Below, one piece after another: positions 14,241 through 27,157 of a stretch of DNA of 59,658 nucleotides; the stretch's first letter is position 1, and the number at the start of each line of letters is the position of its first letter. The translations under genes were made by a program, and so were the position numbers. Source of the stretch: Tubiluchus corallicola. Lineage: Eukaryota > Animalia > Priapulida. Location: NCBI GenBank assembly GCA_030141605.1, contig JAQGDQ010001144.1:1-59658 (forward strand), read 5' to 3'. The notes beneath the pieces were generated by a model. The model was not told the DNA's origin, ran no database searches, and was given only the letters and a program-made list of their open reading frames with translations.

Positions 14241-14868
14241 AAGCAATTTGATCGGATCATGTATAGGTTTGCACTACCTAATGACTAGCCTCTGGGCTCC
14301 TGCTGAATTACGCAGGGAAAGAGGAGGATGAAAACCTCTCAAGCACAGTAACCTAGCGCCATCTATTGCCAAAGTTTGAAGACTAAGCCAAAGCCATGAG
14401 GTTTCAAGAGTCTCAAGCAATAACAACGAATTCCGGAGAAACGCATACGGCAATTCTAACTGCAATAATGACGACGACGACGGCGACGACGATGATGATA
14501 ATAATAATAAATGTTTTATTTTACAAACACGAACACAAGTACAATTAACAAATCACACACTTCAACAAAGCTTTTTGAGCGAAGTTGATAAAAAATACCA
14601 TAATCTATAACAAACACATCTACAAATATATCACACTACTGATTGAATACATTAATTCTTAGCAATTATGGTAGAGTGCCATCTAGTGTCAATTTGGTAG
14701 GGATAAGCCCTGCAGACAATTCTTGAACCTAGAAAGTAAAAGAGTTACATTAATATTGACCGTTCAGTTTAGCGTTATTAATTTGAAAAAAATAATTTAG
14801 TATTCATAGCCAAAACAACACAAGTTAATTTTAAACTTCTAATTGACATAGTCAAAAATCATGCCAAA

Positions 14869-15202
14869 CGTGATTTTTGACTATGTGAATTGGAAGTTTT
14901 GGTAAGCGTGATTTTTGACTATGTGAATCGGAAGTTTTAATAAGGGTGATTTTTGACTATGTGAACTGGAAGTTTTAATAAGCGTGATTTTTGACTATGT
15001 GAATTGGAAGTTTTAGTAAGCGTGATTTTTGACTACACGAATTGGAAGTTTTAATACGCGTGATTTTTGACTACGCGAATTGGAAGTTTTAATACGCATG
15101 ATTTTTGACTACGTGAATTGGAAGTTTTGATCAGCGTGATTTTTGACTACGTGAATTAGAAGTTTTAATAAGCGTGATTTTTGAGCATGATTTTTGACTA
15201 TG
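14869..15202. repeat. 38-bp minisatellite, ~8-9 copies
   Basis: Unit CGTGATTTTTGACTATGTGAATTGGAAGTTTTAATAAG. Confidence 0.92.
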
Positions 15203-15858
15203 ATTTGCAAAACCGCTACGCTAGCGTATTAGCGCATGATAAACGTACCTGTTTACAAACAAAATGGTACCTATTTGTTTCTGTATACATACTGCACAAA
15301 AGGGAGGTAAAGATGACATAAAAGTAGGAAAGGCTGTTTGGGCGCATACGAATGTCTTATCTTAAGTAGGTGAAGGAAAATATTGAGTCAATTAAGCGAA
15401 GTTATTTGAGTCAATCACTGATAGTTTTATGCATATTTGAATAGAAGCGGCCCGGGTTAGGCGTTTTTGAGTCAATTAAGCGATTGAGTCTATCAACCGT
15501 GAGTTCATTAAGCGGCGACTACCGTATTAATTAGCAAAACGTTTAGTAGGCTTTTAGTTCTGCAACAATTTGAAGAGAATGCTATTGGATGGATGACCTG
15601 ATCTGAGTTTATGAAAAATGTCGTTGTAAATAATAGCAGGTCTAGGGTCGGCGTGTAATTCTCGAGTTATGTGCCGATAATAACAGGGACTTACAAGGCT
15701 ATAGACGGTAAGGAGGGTAAAAATAATATCAGTCTTACTAATGTAATATTTGCCTACTGATTTTAAGGCTTTATACCCTAATAACTATAAAAAACGTCAT
15801 TGTTATCGTAATCCGAAATGACAATGACACGAAAATGGAAGCTTTGCGATTGCAAAGT

Positions 15859-15991
15859 CACACAGCGAATTGAAATGGGCAGCTTATACAGGTTAATGAG
15901 TTTTTACCATTAACAGAACGCTTGAACACAGCGAATTGAAAAGGGCAGCTATACAGGTTAATGAGTTTTTACCATTAACAGAACGCTTGAA
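15859..15991. repeat. ~66-bp direct duplication
   Basis: CACAGCGAATTGAAA...CCATTAACAGAACGCTTGAA twice in tandem. Confidence 0.85.
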
Positions 15992-16587
15992 AAACTAAAC
16001 CGCCCGAGCGTTTTTGTTCGCAAGCTATAAGTCGACGACGAACTGTTAATCAGACGAAATACAGATGACAAAAACAGAGTGTCTGTATTACAGTGTTGTT
16101 TATACAGGAATACTAGCAAAACACTGTGCTAAAATAAGCAGTAGGCAAAAAAGACAGGTGTGAAAGTCATGTATGAGGTTGTAGTTGAACACTTTGTAGA
16201 AAAAGAATAAAACACTGTACTACATATCTGCACAAAACTGAAAACGTTTATTAGACTACATAGACATATGTAGAATGACTGCTACACTGCACACTGAGGA
16301 CAAGAGTGTCCTGCACTGATCACTGAGAGTTAGACAGTGGCTAGAAGTAAAATCCACGTAGTTTCCACGTAGGATCCCGAATTTCTTTGTGCCCACAGGC
16401 ACCATCTCCGATTTAGGAATGTCAAATGTACTAAGGCCGATTTTTGCCAATTTTATTCACTGTACCTGAGACCACATTTTAACAGAATTTGAAAAGAAAG
16501 ACTTTTTACTATACAACTTTACTAGGACTATTTTTACCTTCTTATAAAAATCCTCGGAAAGTAATAATAATTATATTTTTTTTGTGG

Positions 16588-17131
16588 TATAGGTTTTACA
16601 CGTCAAATGTAGACACAGGAAAGTTCAATTGTGACTTAGATAAGTGAAATATAGACATAGGAATTTCGAATGTGTTTTGGTAACTCAAATGTGACTTAGG
16701 TAAGTCAAATGTAGATGCATTACTTTGAATAAATCAGTAATTAAGTTATTTAAGTGCAAATTAGAAAAAGATAAACCAAAGATAGTGCATCTATTAGTAG
16801 ACCTATAACGTTGTTATTTTAACTTAAGAGCAATTATTAAATTGAAATTAAAGAAGATTAAATTTACCTATCCTTAAACTTTACCACCTATCCACATTTG
16901 AGATACCAATGTCACATTTGACTTGACATGTGTCTACATTTGACTTATCAAAAACGCTTAAGATTTGTTGAAAACCATTGTTAACATATTTGAACTACCT
17001 AAGTCTACATTTGAGTTACCAAGACACATTTGAACTACCTAAGTCTACATTTGAGTTACCAAGACACATTTGAATTATCTAAATCTACATTTGAGTTAAC
17101 GCAGGTCTACATTGGACATGTAAAACCTATA
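16588..17131. mobile_element. Foldback-like MITE with repetitive inverted arms
   Basis: TATAGGTTTTACA (16588-16600) / TGTAAAACCTATA (17119-17131); TCAAATGTAGAC motifs on the left arm, GTCTACATTTGA on the right. Confidence 0.65.
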
Positions 17132-17743
17132 TTATGGACCCACTGAAACAAAGAAAGTCATTGAAATACACGTACAGAAGCGCAGATAAATATGTGTTAG
17201 TTCCTTCTTAGATCTTGTACTGAAGATTTCAACAAATGTCATCTCATCCGTGCCTGCACCCTATACAAACAGACTGAGTAATGAAAAAATCCAAAGATAT
17301 TTTGGCAGAATAATACCGGCCAAACATAGGCTACACACAAAATGCATTTGACAGGCATGTTATAAAAATTAAAAGCAACATGAGTAACTTGCATGTCAAA
17401 TATGATGATGATTTTTCTGCTTCTTGTGGGAAGAGGACTATCGGGACATTCGACAAAGACAATAGACAAGAATAGCCTCACACAATGCTTGCTTATATAC
17501 AAATCTAATTGTGTAACGGGCAATCAAAAAGCAGGGATGTATCCTAACTGGCACCCACCAAAAACCTGCGGGCAACATAACGCTGAAGCCTTTCAATGCA
17601 GGTACTCTTTTGGACTTGGTCGTGGGAAAATCATGTTACTTATATGAAAAGCTTTCGTTGTTGTTGCTTACAATATGCATTCATTTTAAATACGAAAAGT
17701 AAAGCCATTTAAAATACGGGAGGCGCAGATTTCCGTAGCTTAA

Positions 17744-18191
17744 CCCTTTCATACCCGTTGTATCCCGTGGGATACGAGAATATTTTCTGCCTTTAAAATT
17801 AATAAAATTTTAAAACTGACGGTGATTTGATCTGTTTAGAGTTATTTTGATTTAACTCTTTAATGTTAAAATCTTAACAATAGACTTAAAATAGTGATAA
17901 AATGGCAAACTAGAAATTCTACATAGCACAAAAAACTTTGCAAGGTACTTTAGAGACGACTTTGTACAGATCAGCATAGCATGCTTACTAAATGTCGTAA
18001 ATACTTTAAAAAATTATCAGCAGTTACAGAATGAAGCACATTTTTTGCTTTTGTTGTGTTTTTAAAAAAGTCGGACTTTGTTTTTTTGCATATGACAAAG
18101 AATGTTGTGTATCCCACAAGATACTTTGGGAACAAAAGTATCAAGCCAAAAATTTTTTTCTTATTAAAAAGATAATTTGGGACTGAAAGGG
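17744..18191 (+). mobile_element. piggyBac-type MITE, copy 1
   Basis: TTAA|CCCTTTCA...TGAAAGGG|TTAA; homologous to 58358-58817 and 44070-46818. Confidence 0.88.
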
Positions 18192-18468
18192 TTAAATGAA
18201 GCATAGTGAGTTTGAAATGCAACTGAATGTTATCAGGTGTCAGACCATCTACCCAAATTTCTCAATGGCATCAACGACTAGACAGTGGCCTTTGCACGTA
18301 GCATAAAGCTTACAATTTCCAGGATCAAACATATCGGGAAGATGGTTTATAAACATATCGGGAAGATGGTTTATTTACAATTAAAATCGGTCCCAGGATA
18401 CCTACTTATGGAGTGCCAGAAATAACTGGTTTGTACTATGAAAAGTAAAACCGCCATTCGTACGTAGG

Positions 18469-18549
18469 TTTTTGGGTCAGTGTTATTTCGCATACGTTTT
18501 TGGGTCAGTGTTATTTCGCATACGTTTTTGGGTCAGTGTTATTTCGCAT
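18469..18549. repeat. 28-bp tandem repeat, 3 copies
   Basis: TTTTTGGGTCAGTGTTATTTCGCATACG x3. Confidence 0.85.
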
Positions 18550-18669
18550 GCTTGAAAGCCTCCGGCAGACCCTGACTTGACACACAGTCATGCATAAGCT
18601 TGCTAAAGGTTCTTATTGGATGGGGGTTCTTAAGGCGCAATTCGGAACTTTCGGTAAAAGTCGTGTAAA

Positions 18670-19882
18670 ATGTTCACCCGTGGGATTCGCATGCGTAAAC
18701 GTTTCTTTGGAAGAAAAAAAATGACTAAGATAAAAATATTTGTGGCGATTTTGACAGTAATGTTGTTGTTTGTGCTAAAGAGTGGGAATAATCATTTAAT
18801 GAAATTGAGAAAGTTTGACATAAAGTTAGAAATAATTGAAAGCTATAATACCCCTAGTGCTGATCAATCAACGGAAACTAATTTTATTATGGAATAAGTT
18901 CCACGGTCGTTATGTTTTTGCCTTTGGAAAGGGAAGTAAGCCTTTCGAAATCTGCCACAAACTGGGCAGAAATTGCGAGACAACAAATGACAGATCTCGC
19001 TTGAACGAAAGCCATGCGGTTATTGTAAACATGAGAAATTCATCATCAAGCGCCATTGCTGAGTTCCCAGTGTACCGGCCACCTGGACAAAGATGGATTT
19101 TCTTTTTAATCGAAACGCCAATCAGAATGCTCCGCACGCATGGAAAAAATCCCAATTTATCACGCTTGAATAACTTTTTTAACTGGACAATGACTTACCG
19201 TCTCGATTCTGATATTCCTCGCGTGCATGGAGAAGTTTTCTTACGTCTTCCACCCCGTGTTGGGATTGTTAAAAATTACGCTAAAGGAAAGACGAAACTA
19301 GTGGCTTGGTTTGTAAGCAACTGCGACACCGATTATACTGGTCGTATGGAGTACGCTAAACATTTACAGAAATACATCTCTGTTGACATATATGGAAAAT
19401 GCGGAAACCTAACATGTGCGAAAAACGAATCTTATTGCGATTTCATGCTAAAACGAGATTACAAGTTTTACTTGTCGTTTGAAAACTCTTTCTGTCGTGA
19501 CTACGTTACAGAGAAGTTGTTTAGCAGACTAAAAGAAAGTGATGTAATTCCTGTGGTGAGAGGCAGTGCAAATTACACGATGCAAAGTCCCCCACATTCA
19601 GTAATCAATGCAGCAGATTTTGATTCACCAAAACAACTTGCTGAGTATCTATTGTATTTGGATAAAAACGACACGGCTTACTCGCAGTATTTTTCTTGGA
19701 AACAGAACTATTATATAAAAAGAAACCAAAAGAAACTGAGCTTCTGTGATTTGTGCGAAAAACTGAATAATCCCAGAGAACCAGCAAAAACGTACGACAT
19801 ACAAGACTGGTGGGTAAAGCAAGGAAATTGCATAATCCCAGAGAACCAGCAAAAACGTACGACATACAAGACTGGTGGGTAA
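18670..19882 (+). CDS. Alpha-1,3-fucosyltransferase (GT10, FucTC-like), single exon; frameshifted near 18863-18870 in this sequence (pseudogene or sequence error)
   Basis: N-terminal basic tail plus TM segment (KIKIFVAILTVMLLFVL) in frame from 18670; next frame gives KLILLW, QRWIFFLIETP, FNWTMTYRLDSDI, VAWFVSNC, VDIYGKCG and the GT10 motif YKFYLSFENSFCRDYVTEK, then CDLCEKL and WW...C. Confidence 0.92.
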
Positions 19883-20871
19883 AGCAAGGAAATTGCATAA
19901 TCCCAGAGAACCAGCAAAAACGTACGACATACAAGACTGGTGGGTAAAGCAAGGAAATTGCATAATCCCAGAGAACCAGCAAAAACGTACGACATACAAG
20001 ACTGGTGGGTAAAGCAAGGAAATTGCATAATCCCAGAGAACCAGCAAAAACGTACGACATACAAGACTGGTGGGTAAAGCAAGGAAATTGCATAATCCCA
20101 GAGAACCAGCAAAAACGTACGACATACAAGACTGGTAGGTAAAGCAAGGAAATTGCATAATCCCAGAGAACCAGCAAAAACGTACGACATACAAGACTGG
20201 TGGGTAAAGCAAGGAAATTGCATAATCCCAGAGAACCAGCAAAAACGTACGACATACAAGACTGGTAGGTAAAGCAAGGAAATTGCATAATCCCAGAGAA
20301 CCAGCAAAAACGTACGACATACAAGACTGGTGGGTAAAGCAAGGAAATTGCATAATCCCAGAGAACCAGCAAAAACGTACGACATACAAGACTGGTAGGT
20401 AAAGCAAGGAAATTGCATAATCCCAGAGAACCAGCAAAAACGTACGACATACAAGACTGGTGGGTAAAGCAAGGAAATTGCATAATCCCAGAGAACCAGC
20501 AAAAACGTACGACATACAAGACTGGTAGGTAAAGCAAGGAAATTGCATAATCCCAGAGAACCAGCAAAAACGTACGACATACAAGACTGGTGGGTAAAGC
20601 AAGGAAATTGCATAATCCCAGAGAACCAGCAAAAACGTACGACATACAAGACTGGTGGGTAAAGCAAGGAAATTGCATAATCCCAGAGAACCAGCAAAAA
20701 CGTACGACATACAAGACTGGTGGATAAAGCAAGGAAATTGCATAATCCCAGAGAACCAGCAAAAACGTACGACATACAAGACTGGTGGATAAAGCAAGGA
20801 AATTGCATAATCCCAGAGAACCAGCAAAAACGTACGACATACAAGACTGGTGGGTAAAGCAAGGAAATTGC
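19767..20871 (+). repeat. 65-bp tandem array (17 copies) derived from the fucosyltransferase 3' coding end
   Basis: Unit ATAATCCCAGAGAACCAGCAAAAACGTACGACATACAAGACTGGTGGGTAAAGCAAGGAAATTGC; 1105 bp / 65 = 17. Confidence 0.97.
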
Positions 20872-21059
20872 ATAGAGGAACGAAATCCCGTGAGACCATG
20901 ATTTCGTTTAGAAGCCAGTTTTTAACTAGCAAGTGGATCGCGTGCCTGTAGGCGCATTTTATACATTTGCTACGTCAAAGTTTTGTAACTTATACTGTGT
21001 TCCTTGTTCAATCTACTTATCCTCCACTTGCTTTACCTTAATGTCTTTCTTTCCCTGCT

Positions 21060-21263
21060 CCGTCCCTCCCTCTCTCTCTCTCCTCTCTCTCTCTCTTCTC
21101 TCTCTCTTCTCTTTCTATTTCTTTCTCTCTCTCTCTCTCTCCCTCCCCTCTCCCTTTTCTCTCACTCTCTCCTTCTCTCTGTCTTTCTCTCCCTCTCTCT
21201 CTATTTTCTGTCTCTCTCTCTGTCTCTCTCTTTCTCTCTTCTCTCTCTCTCTCTCTCACTCTT

Positions 21264-21294
<31 letters not shown>

Positions 21295-21376
21295 CCCCTC
21301 TCCTTTTTCTCTCACTCTCTCCTTCTCTCTTTTTTTCTTTTTCTTTCTCTCCCCCTCTCTCTCTATTTTCTGTTTC

Positions 21377-21450
<74 letters not shown>

Positions 21451-21459
21451 CCTCTCCCC
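21060..21459. repeat. (CT)n polypyrimidine microsatellite with internal duplication
   Basis: Direct observation. Confidence 0.93.
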
Positions 21460-21461
21460 AG

Positions 21462-21704
21462 TTGTAATCAAAATTTTTTTACTACGCAGTTGATTACACA
21501 TAACTGTGATTACCTGTCTTCCATACTCTTTTATAATTAAAATTAACAAAAACACAATATATATACATATATCATATATAATCTATTACAATACATATAT
21601 TATACATATTGTAATTTTTGTAAATTTTAATTACAAAAAAGTATGGAAGACGGTAATCACAGTTACGTGTAGTGAGCAGCGTAATCAAAATTTTTTAATT
21701 ACAA
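21462..21704. mobile_element. Small MITE-like element with ~65-bp inverted arms
   Basis: TTGTAATCAAAA...TAACTGTGATTACCTGTCTTCCATACT mirrored by AGTATGGAAGACGGTAATCACAGTTA...AATTACAA. Confidence 0.7.
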
Positions 21705-22400
21705 AAGAAATATTAAATATTTCTTTATTGCCGTTGTTACACAAACACAAAGTTGTCGTGATAGTGGAAATGTTAGCACATCCGGACGTTGAAAGTGACT
21801 ACAGTCGACAGCTGAGCTGCGTTGGTAAAGTTACCAATCTTTTTATAATTATGCTAACCAGACTCACTTATAGTAAAGAAATGTGAGTTTAGTAATAGTT
21901 TATAGTTGCTGTTTATTGTTATTTAATGCTGCTGTCGATGTGTGGCTCGTGACGTGTTGCTTTGTGAACAGCCGAGAGGGCATGGCAAACTAACAAGGCT
22001 TTATTTACAAAATTGCACATTTATTAAATATAAGTACAAATAGCGAGGGACACAGACTAGCAACCCCCCACCCCCACCCCACCTGCCGGCTGCAACTCCT
22101 TTTGTTTAATCTCTTGATGCGCATGGAATCTCCGCGCATAGGAGCTACGTCATCAGATCAATAATTGTAAACAATGATAAACAATGATGTTATTGATAAA
22201 CAATGTACGTAAAAATTTGCTGGCTTGTTTCTCTTTGGAATTTAATTAAGTTTTGCACACAGAGTTCTCGGCATGTTTGACGAACTGAAAGTAAGTGGCA
22301 TTTTCGTGGAAGCCACGTTCCCCTCTCTGGAGAAATTTTAGTTGTGAGTTCAGGCCGTTACAGACCACTAACTAGGTAAAAATTAAATGTAAGTATTTTA

Positions 22401-22742
22401 TTAGTTGGTTGGCATCGTACTGTCTCGGAAGACAATGGGGTGTGCGCCAAGAGAGTCAGTTATTGATCACATTGAAGGAGCTGTAGCGTCGACTGTGGCT
22501 GAGCAGTGCGATCCTTGAACCACTGGAGTGGCCTCTCCAGGGCGCACACCTGGGCAAGGTGTATGGAGATCCTGAGTTGCCCAGACAACAGGAACCCCCT
22601 CTCTTCCTCCCTGGTGTAGTCCAAAGGAAAGCGGAGCGATACGTTCGGCACCAGGTTGGCTGCAGGAGCTGCCGGAGTCAGTGAGCATGCTGCACTGGTC
22701 CGCCTTCGGGGCTCCACTCCTGATTTGGAAGATTTACTTCTC
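22401..22742 (-). mobile_element. Short non-autonomous retroposon, probably RTE-derived (copy A)
   Basis: Inverted near-identical copy at 39416-39692; 3' end CCATTGTCTTCCGAGACAG..GATGCC with a small hairpin and (AAC)-like tail resembles RTE 3' ends as I recall them. Confidence 0.6.
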
Positions 22743-23686
22743 TACACATGGCGATTTAACATTGGGTCTGATTTTGCTTTAAGTAAATAATGCATGTTAA
22801 AGTGAGCAAATTTGAGGCAAATTGCTGAATAGTTCACTGCATAGTTATAGTCTATTCTTACTGTAAATGTTTTTGTAAATAGTGTGTAGTAGTCTGTTGT
22901 GGTGAGGATCCTAAATCATGTTGTTCAAACTGTCTGATCCAATCCTATAATAAATTATGTTTAAACTAAACTAATAGTTCACTGCATGTGCCTGCCGACT
23001 GAACTTAAGCAACGCCAAGTGTTACGTTTTATCTTTAAAATTAACAATTATTCACGAAATAAATAATTAATGAATTACAATCAAAAATGGAAGAATAATG
23101 TAACGAATAAGAAAACCATTAATTATTATTGACTGATCTAGCTTGTTCATCATATTCTCACTATAACTGGCATTTCAGGTAACTTCTTTATATATACGAT
23201 GTTGTTAATGGTACTAGGGTAATGATCTCTTAGAGATATACTAAATAGTGCATCGCTATATAGGTCCTTAAACGATGCAGCGCTTGTGAAAGACATTAAA
23301 AGTTCATTAGTGTAGTGGAAGAGATGTCACTGCTAGAGCACTGTGACTGTGATATACTATCTGAGCTGCTCTGAACTGCTGTTAGGGTCATGGGGGGGGG
23401 GGGGGGGGGCACATGAAATGTGGTGTAATTGTACAGAAAGCTACCAGAACTTGATCACGTGACGGAAGAACTGATAGGTGAATAGTCGGGCAATAATGAG
23501 CTATTGAAATTGTGATCAGAAAAATGGCCTAAAATGAGTGAGTATAACTGTTTACCCCATGAAAGATCAGCCAGGGTTGGGGTGACTCTGTAGGAGGATC
23601 AGTTGTTTTAGCAGTATGGCACCATCGAGTGAACTTTGTCACGTGATCAAAAGACGACAATAACTGGAGGACAACGGTGATTCATA

Positions 23687-23775
23687 GTCAGTCAGTCAAT
23701 CAGTCAGTCAGTCAGTCAGTCAGTCAGTCAGTCAGTCAGTCAGTCAGTCCGTCCAGTCAGTCAGTCAGTCAGTCT
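23687..23775. repeat. (CAGT)n microsatellite
   Basis: Direct observation. Confidence 0.95.
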
Positions 23776-25430
23776 GTCATGTTGTAGTCACATTTATACC
23801 CGAGGCACCCGCCCAATCTTCTCTGTAGAATGCAAGGGTTGCGGGTTCGCGTCTCGCCGAAGTCAACTTAGTTCGCGCGGATTCGATCCGAAACCGGTGG
23901 AACTTTATGCACGGGCCTTCCCTCGTCTCGTACGCGAGTTGAAAAAAAAATCGCGCTACTTTTGTGCGCGGTGAAAAAGTTTTACCGCAATGGTGCGCGA
24001 ACCCGAGGCCCCGCGTCACAGCTCGGGCGTGTCAGCAGACGAACGTAATTTATTAAGCATAAGCAATAGCTGTAACTTTTTGTACGCTTAGTAGAAGCAT
24101 TGATTACGTGTTTATATGCTAATTCTCGCAGTAATTCATCTTGTTTCTCTATTTTTCACAGTTTGTGCCTTGCAAAACTCATTCAACGTAAAGAGAATGC
24201 AATGTTTTAATTCAGTTAATGTCTGTAATGCATAATTGAACGTGTATATACTACTTTTCACAAGCTTCTGGTGTTATTTGGCAGTATTTATATACTGTGT
24301 ATAATTTATATATTCAACAAAATCAATTCCAACATACCAAAATAAACAAGACATATTAAACATTTATAAGGTTTTGAAAGAATATGCTACTGATTTTATT
24401 TTAGACAATTTCTGCAGAAAAACTACATTTATACTATATATTCAAGCAAAAAACTGCACTGGTTAGAATTGAAAAATATAAATGAAAACCACAATTTATA
24501 AATTACAGAAACATTGCAGTCAAAATTACATGTTGAAACAAAAATACAGTGCAGAAAAAATACAGATATACATGTTTAAGCAAGTAAAAAACTGCACTAA
24601 TCATATAATTTAAAGAATACAGTGCAGAAAAAATACAGATATACAAGTAGAGTTCACAAGTATGACAGAAAAAAATAAAAACTGCATGGATGGGAAGGGA
24701 AATTAGTAGTGTTTGGCAGTTGGTTTGGTAGGGGTAGAAAAAAATTAAAAAACCCAAAAACTGTGCACAGGAAAAAATACAAAATATACAAATACAATAC
24801 AATACAAAGTTTACAAAACAACTAGCTAGCTAATATATAAATATTATATATAAATTATTTACAAGTGTACATAGTATGTATGCTCCATGTATGCTCCACA
24901 ACCTCAACGTGCGGCCTTCGTGCTGTAAATTCCAAATGGTACGGGTTTTGACACCTAAACGATTAGTTCTTTCTGCAGTGGAGACACACACAAAAAATAC
25001 ACAACGTGTGTCCCAGCAACCGCAAACGTGCGGCCTTCGTACATTTAAATCCTTCTCCTCCTCTTTCGCTTTCTTCTTTGCAGATATTCGGACAAGGACG
25101 TCTTCCAACCATTACTCGTACGGAATACCTTCATTTGGACAGAAAAGGTATCCACGCTGACACTGATGGCCTGTGTCAACAGTCCGTTCCAAGCCACATT
25201 TCTTGCAACAGTCGCTTGTACTTCGTAGATTGCCCCTCTTCTCGCATGCGACGATGTCTGTACGATGTTGAGCGAGGCACGCGTGGTGGTTTGTCACAAT
25301 CAGGACCATCATCAGGCAACTTCTGCTTTCTTACAGATGCCTCACATCTGCATTCGGATACAGAAGCTGTATTCGGAGGTAGAACGTAGGTATACCTTTC
25401 CAGGTATTCCTTTAACTGGAGGTGCATCGG

Positions 25431-25622
25431 GAAGTTGACGCGCCGGTGGAAGTGGACGAGGTGGTGGAAGTGGACGCGCCGGTGGAAGTGGACGAGGTGG
25501 TGGAAGTGGACGCGCCGGTGGAAGTGGACGAGGTGGTGGAAGTGGACGCGCCGGTGGAAGTGGACGCGCCGGTGGAAGTGGACGAGGTGGTGGAAGTGGA
25601 CGAGGTGGTGGAAGTGGACGCG
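25431..25622 (-). repeat. 18-bp coding minisatellite (PPPRPL/PPARPL)
   Basis: In frame in the last exon of the DUF6729-type gene. Confidence 0.85.
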
Positions 25623-26432
25623 GTGATGTTAATGGCTGTGATGGCAGGTTCATACCCTGTACAAGTGTGTCCTGCTCTTTCGCTCTCATTTTCTTGTTGA
25701 ACCTGCAAGGACAATATACAGTGTTACACGAATGACATAAATTGTTTTTAAATATTTAAGTCACAAAACAGTCAATATATATATATATATATATAAATGC
25801 AGTTTAAGTCACAGTGAAATTGTCAATAAAAAAAATAAATAAAAATAATAAACTGCAAACTTACCAGTCGATCAGCGTTTTCTGATTGATGTAAAACAGC
25901 TGCAGCGTGGTGTGAGCTTGCACCTTTGGATTCGACGACAGCAGTTCCTGGATTTGGCCATAATCCTCTAGAATGAGCCTCCATCTGGTAATCATCTGAC
26001 GTGGACTGGACGGAGTTTTTCGAGACTTCGGTGGCGTGGATGTAGAACGCACAGCTTCAGGCAGATGGCTTCAACTAGCCTGCTTGCACTTGGCCACTGA
26101 GCTGGCCCCACATTGCCTCCAACGAAGCACCTAGAGAATAAAAAACACAAACATTCAATCACACGAAATAATGACACAAAAAATACAAGAGAAAAAACAC
26201 AAGAAATAAAATAAAATAAAATAAAATAAAACAAAATATACCTTTTCACACTCTCCTGTCCAGGTACAACTTGAGACTTGGAGCGTGCAAAGCGGTCCCT
26301 TATCAGCTGGGACTTATGCCGTGGTGGATAGTCGATCCGCCTCTTGTCCACATCATGGAGGTCATTCCACAGTGTAATAATGGTTGTCACCTGAGAGTGT
26401 GACAGTGCAGCTGAACCTTTTATCTCAACGAG

Positions 26433-27157
26433 GTAGTTTGCAAGGTTTTGAACTCGATCATACCCTTCCGTTCCTGATGGTCCCATGAAAACTTCTGGTT
26501 GTTGAGTTGAAGTCGAAGGTATGGCTTCACCTAGTTGCAAGATTCCTGATGGTCCCATGAAAACTTCTGGTTGTTGAGTTGGATTCGAAGGTATGGCTTC
26601 ACCTAGTTGCAAGAACTCGATCATACCCTTCCATTCCTGATGGTCCCATGAAAACTTGTGGTTGTTGAGTTGAAGTCGAAGGTATGGCTTCACCTAGTTG
26701 CAAGAACTCGATCATACCCTTCCATTCCTGATGGTCCCATGAAAACTTCTGGTTGTTGAGTTGAAGTCGAAGGTATGGCTTCGCCTAGTTGCAAGAACTC
26801 GATCATACCCTTCCATTCCTGATGGTCCCATGAAAACTTCTGGTTGTTGAGTTGAAGTTGAAGGTATGGCTTCACCTAGTTGCAAGAACTCGATCATACC
26901 CTTCCATTCCTGATGGTCTCATGAAAACTTCTGGTTGTTGAGTTGAAGTCGAAGGTATGGCTTCACTTAGTTGCAAGAACTCGATCATACCCTTCCATTC
27001 CTGATGGTCCCATGAAAACTTCTGGTTGTTGAGTTGAAGTCGAAGGTATGGCTTCACCTAGTTGCAAGAACTCGATCATACCCTTCCATTCCTGATGGTC
27101 CCATGAAAACTTCTGGTTGTTGAGTTGAAGTCGAAGTATGGCTTCACCTAGTTGCAC
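26433..27157. repeat. 91-bp tandem array (~7-8 copies) from exon sequence
   Basis: Unit CACCTAGTTGCAAGAACTCGATCATACCCTTCCATTCCTGATGGTCCCATGAAAACTTCTGGTTGTTGAGTTGAAGTCGAAGGTATGGCTT. Confidence 0.93.

Noticed and set aside
19605-20932. Three 380-430-aa minus-strand ORFs
   Set aside because: Antisense readings of the 65-bp array, which lacks stops on that strand.
20933-21555. Ser/Leu- and Arg/Glu-rich ORFs
   Set aside because: (CT)n/(AG)n translations.
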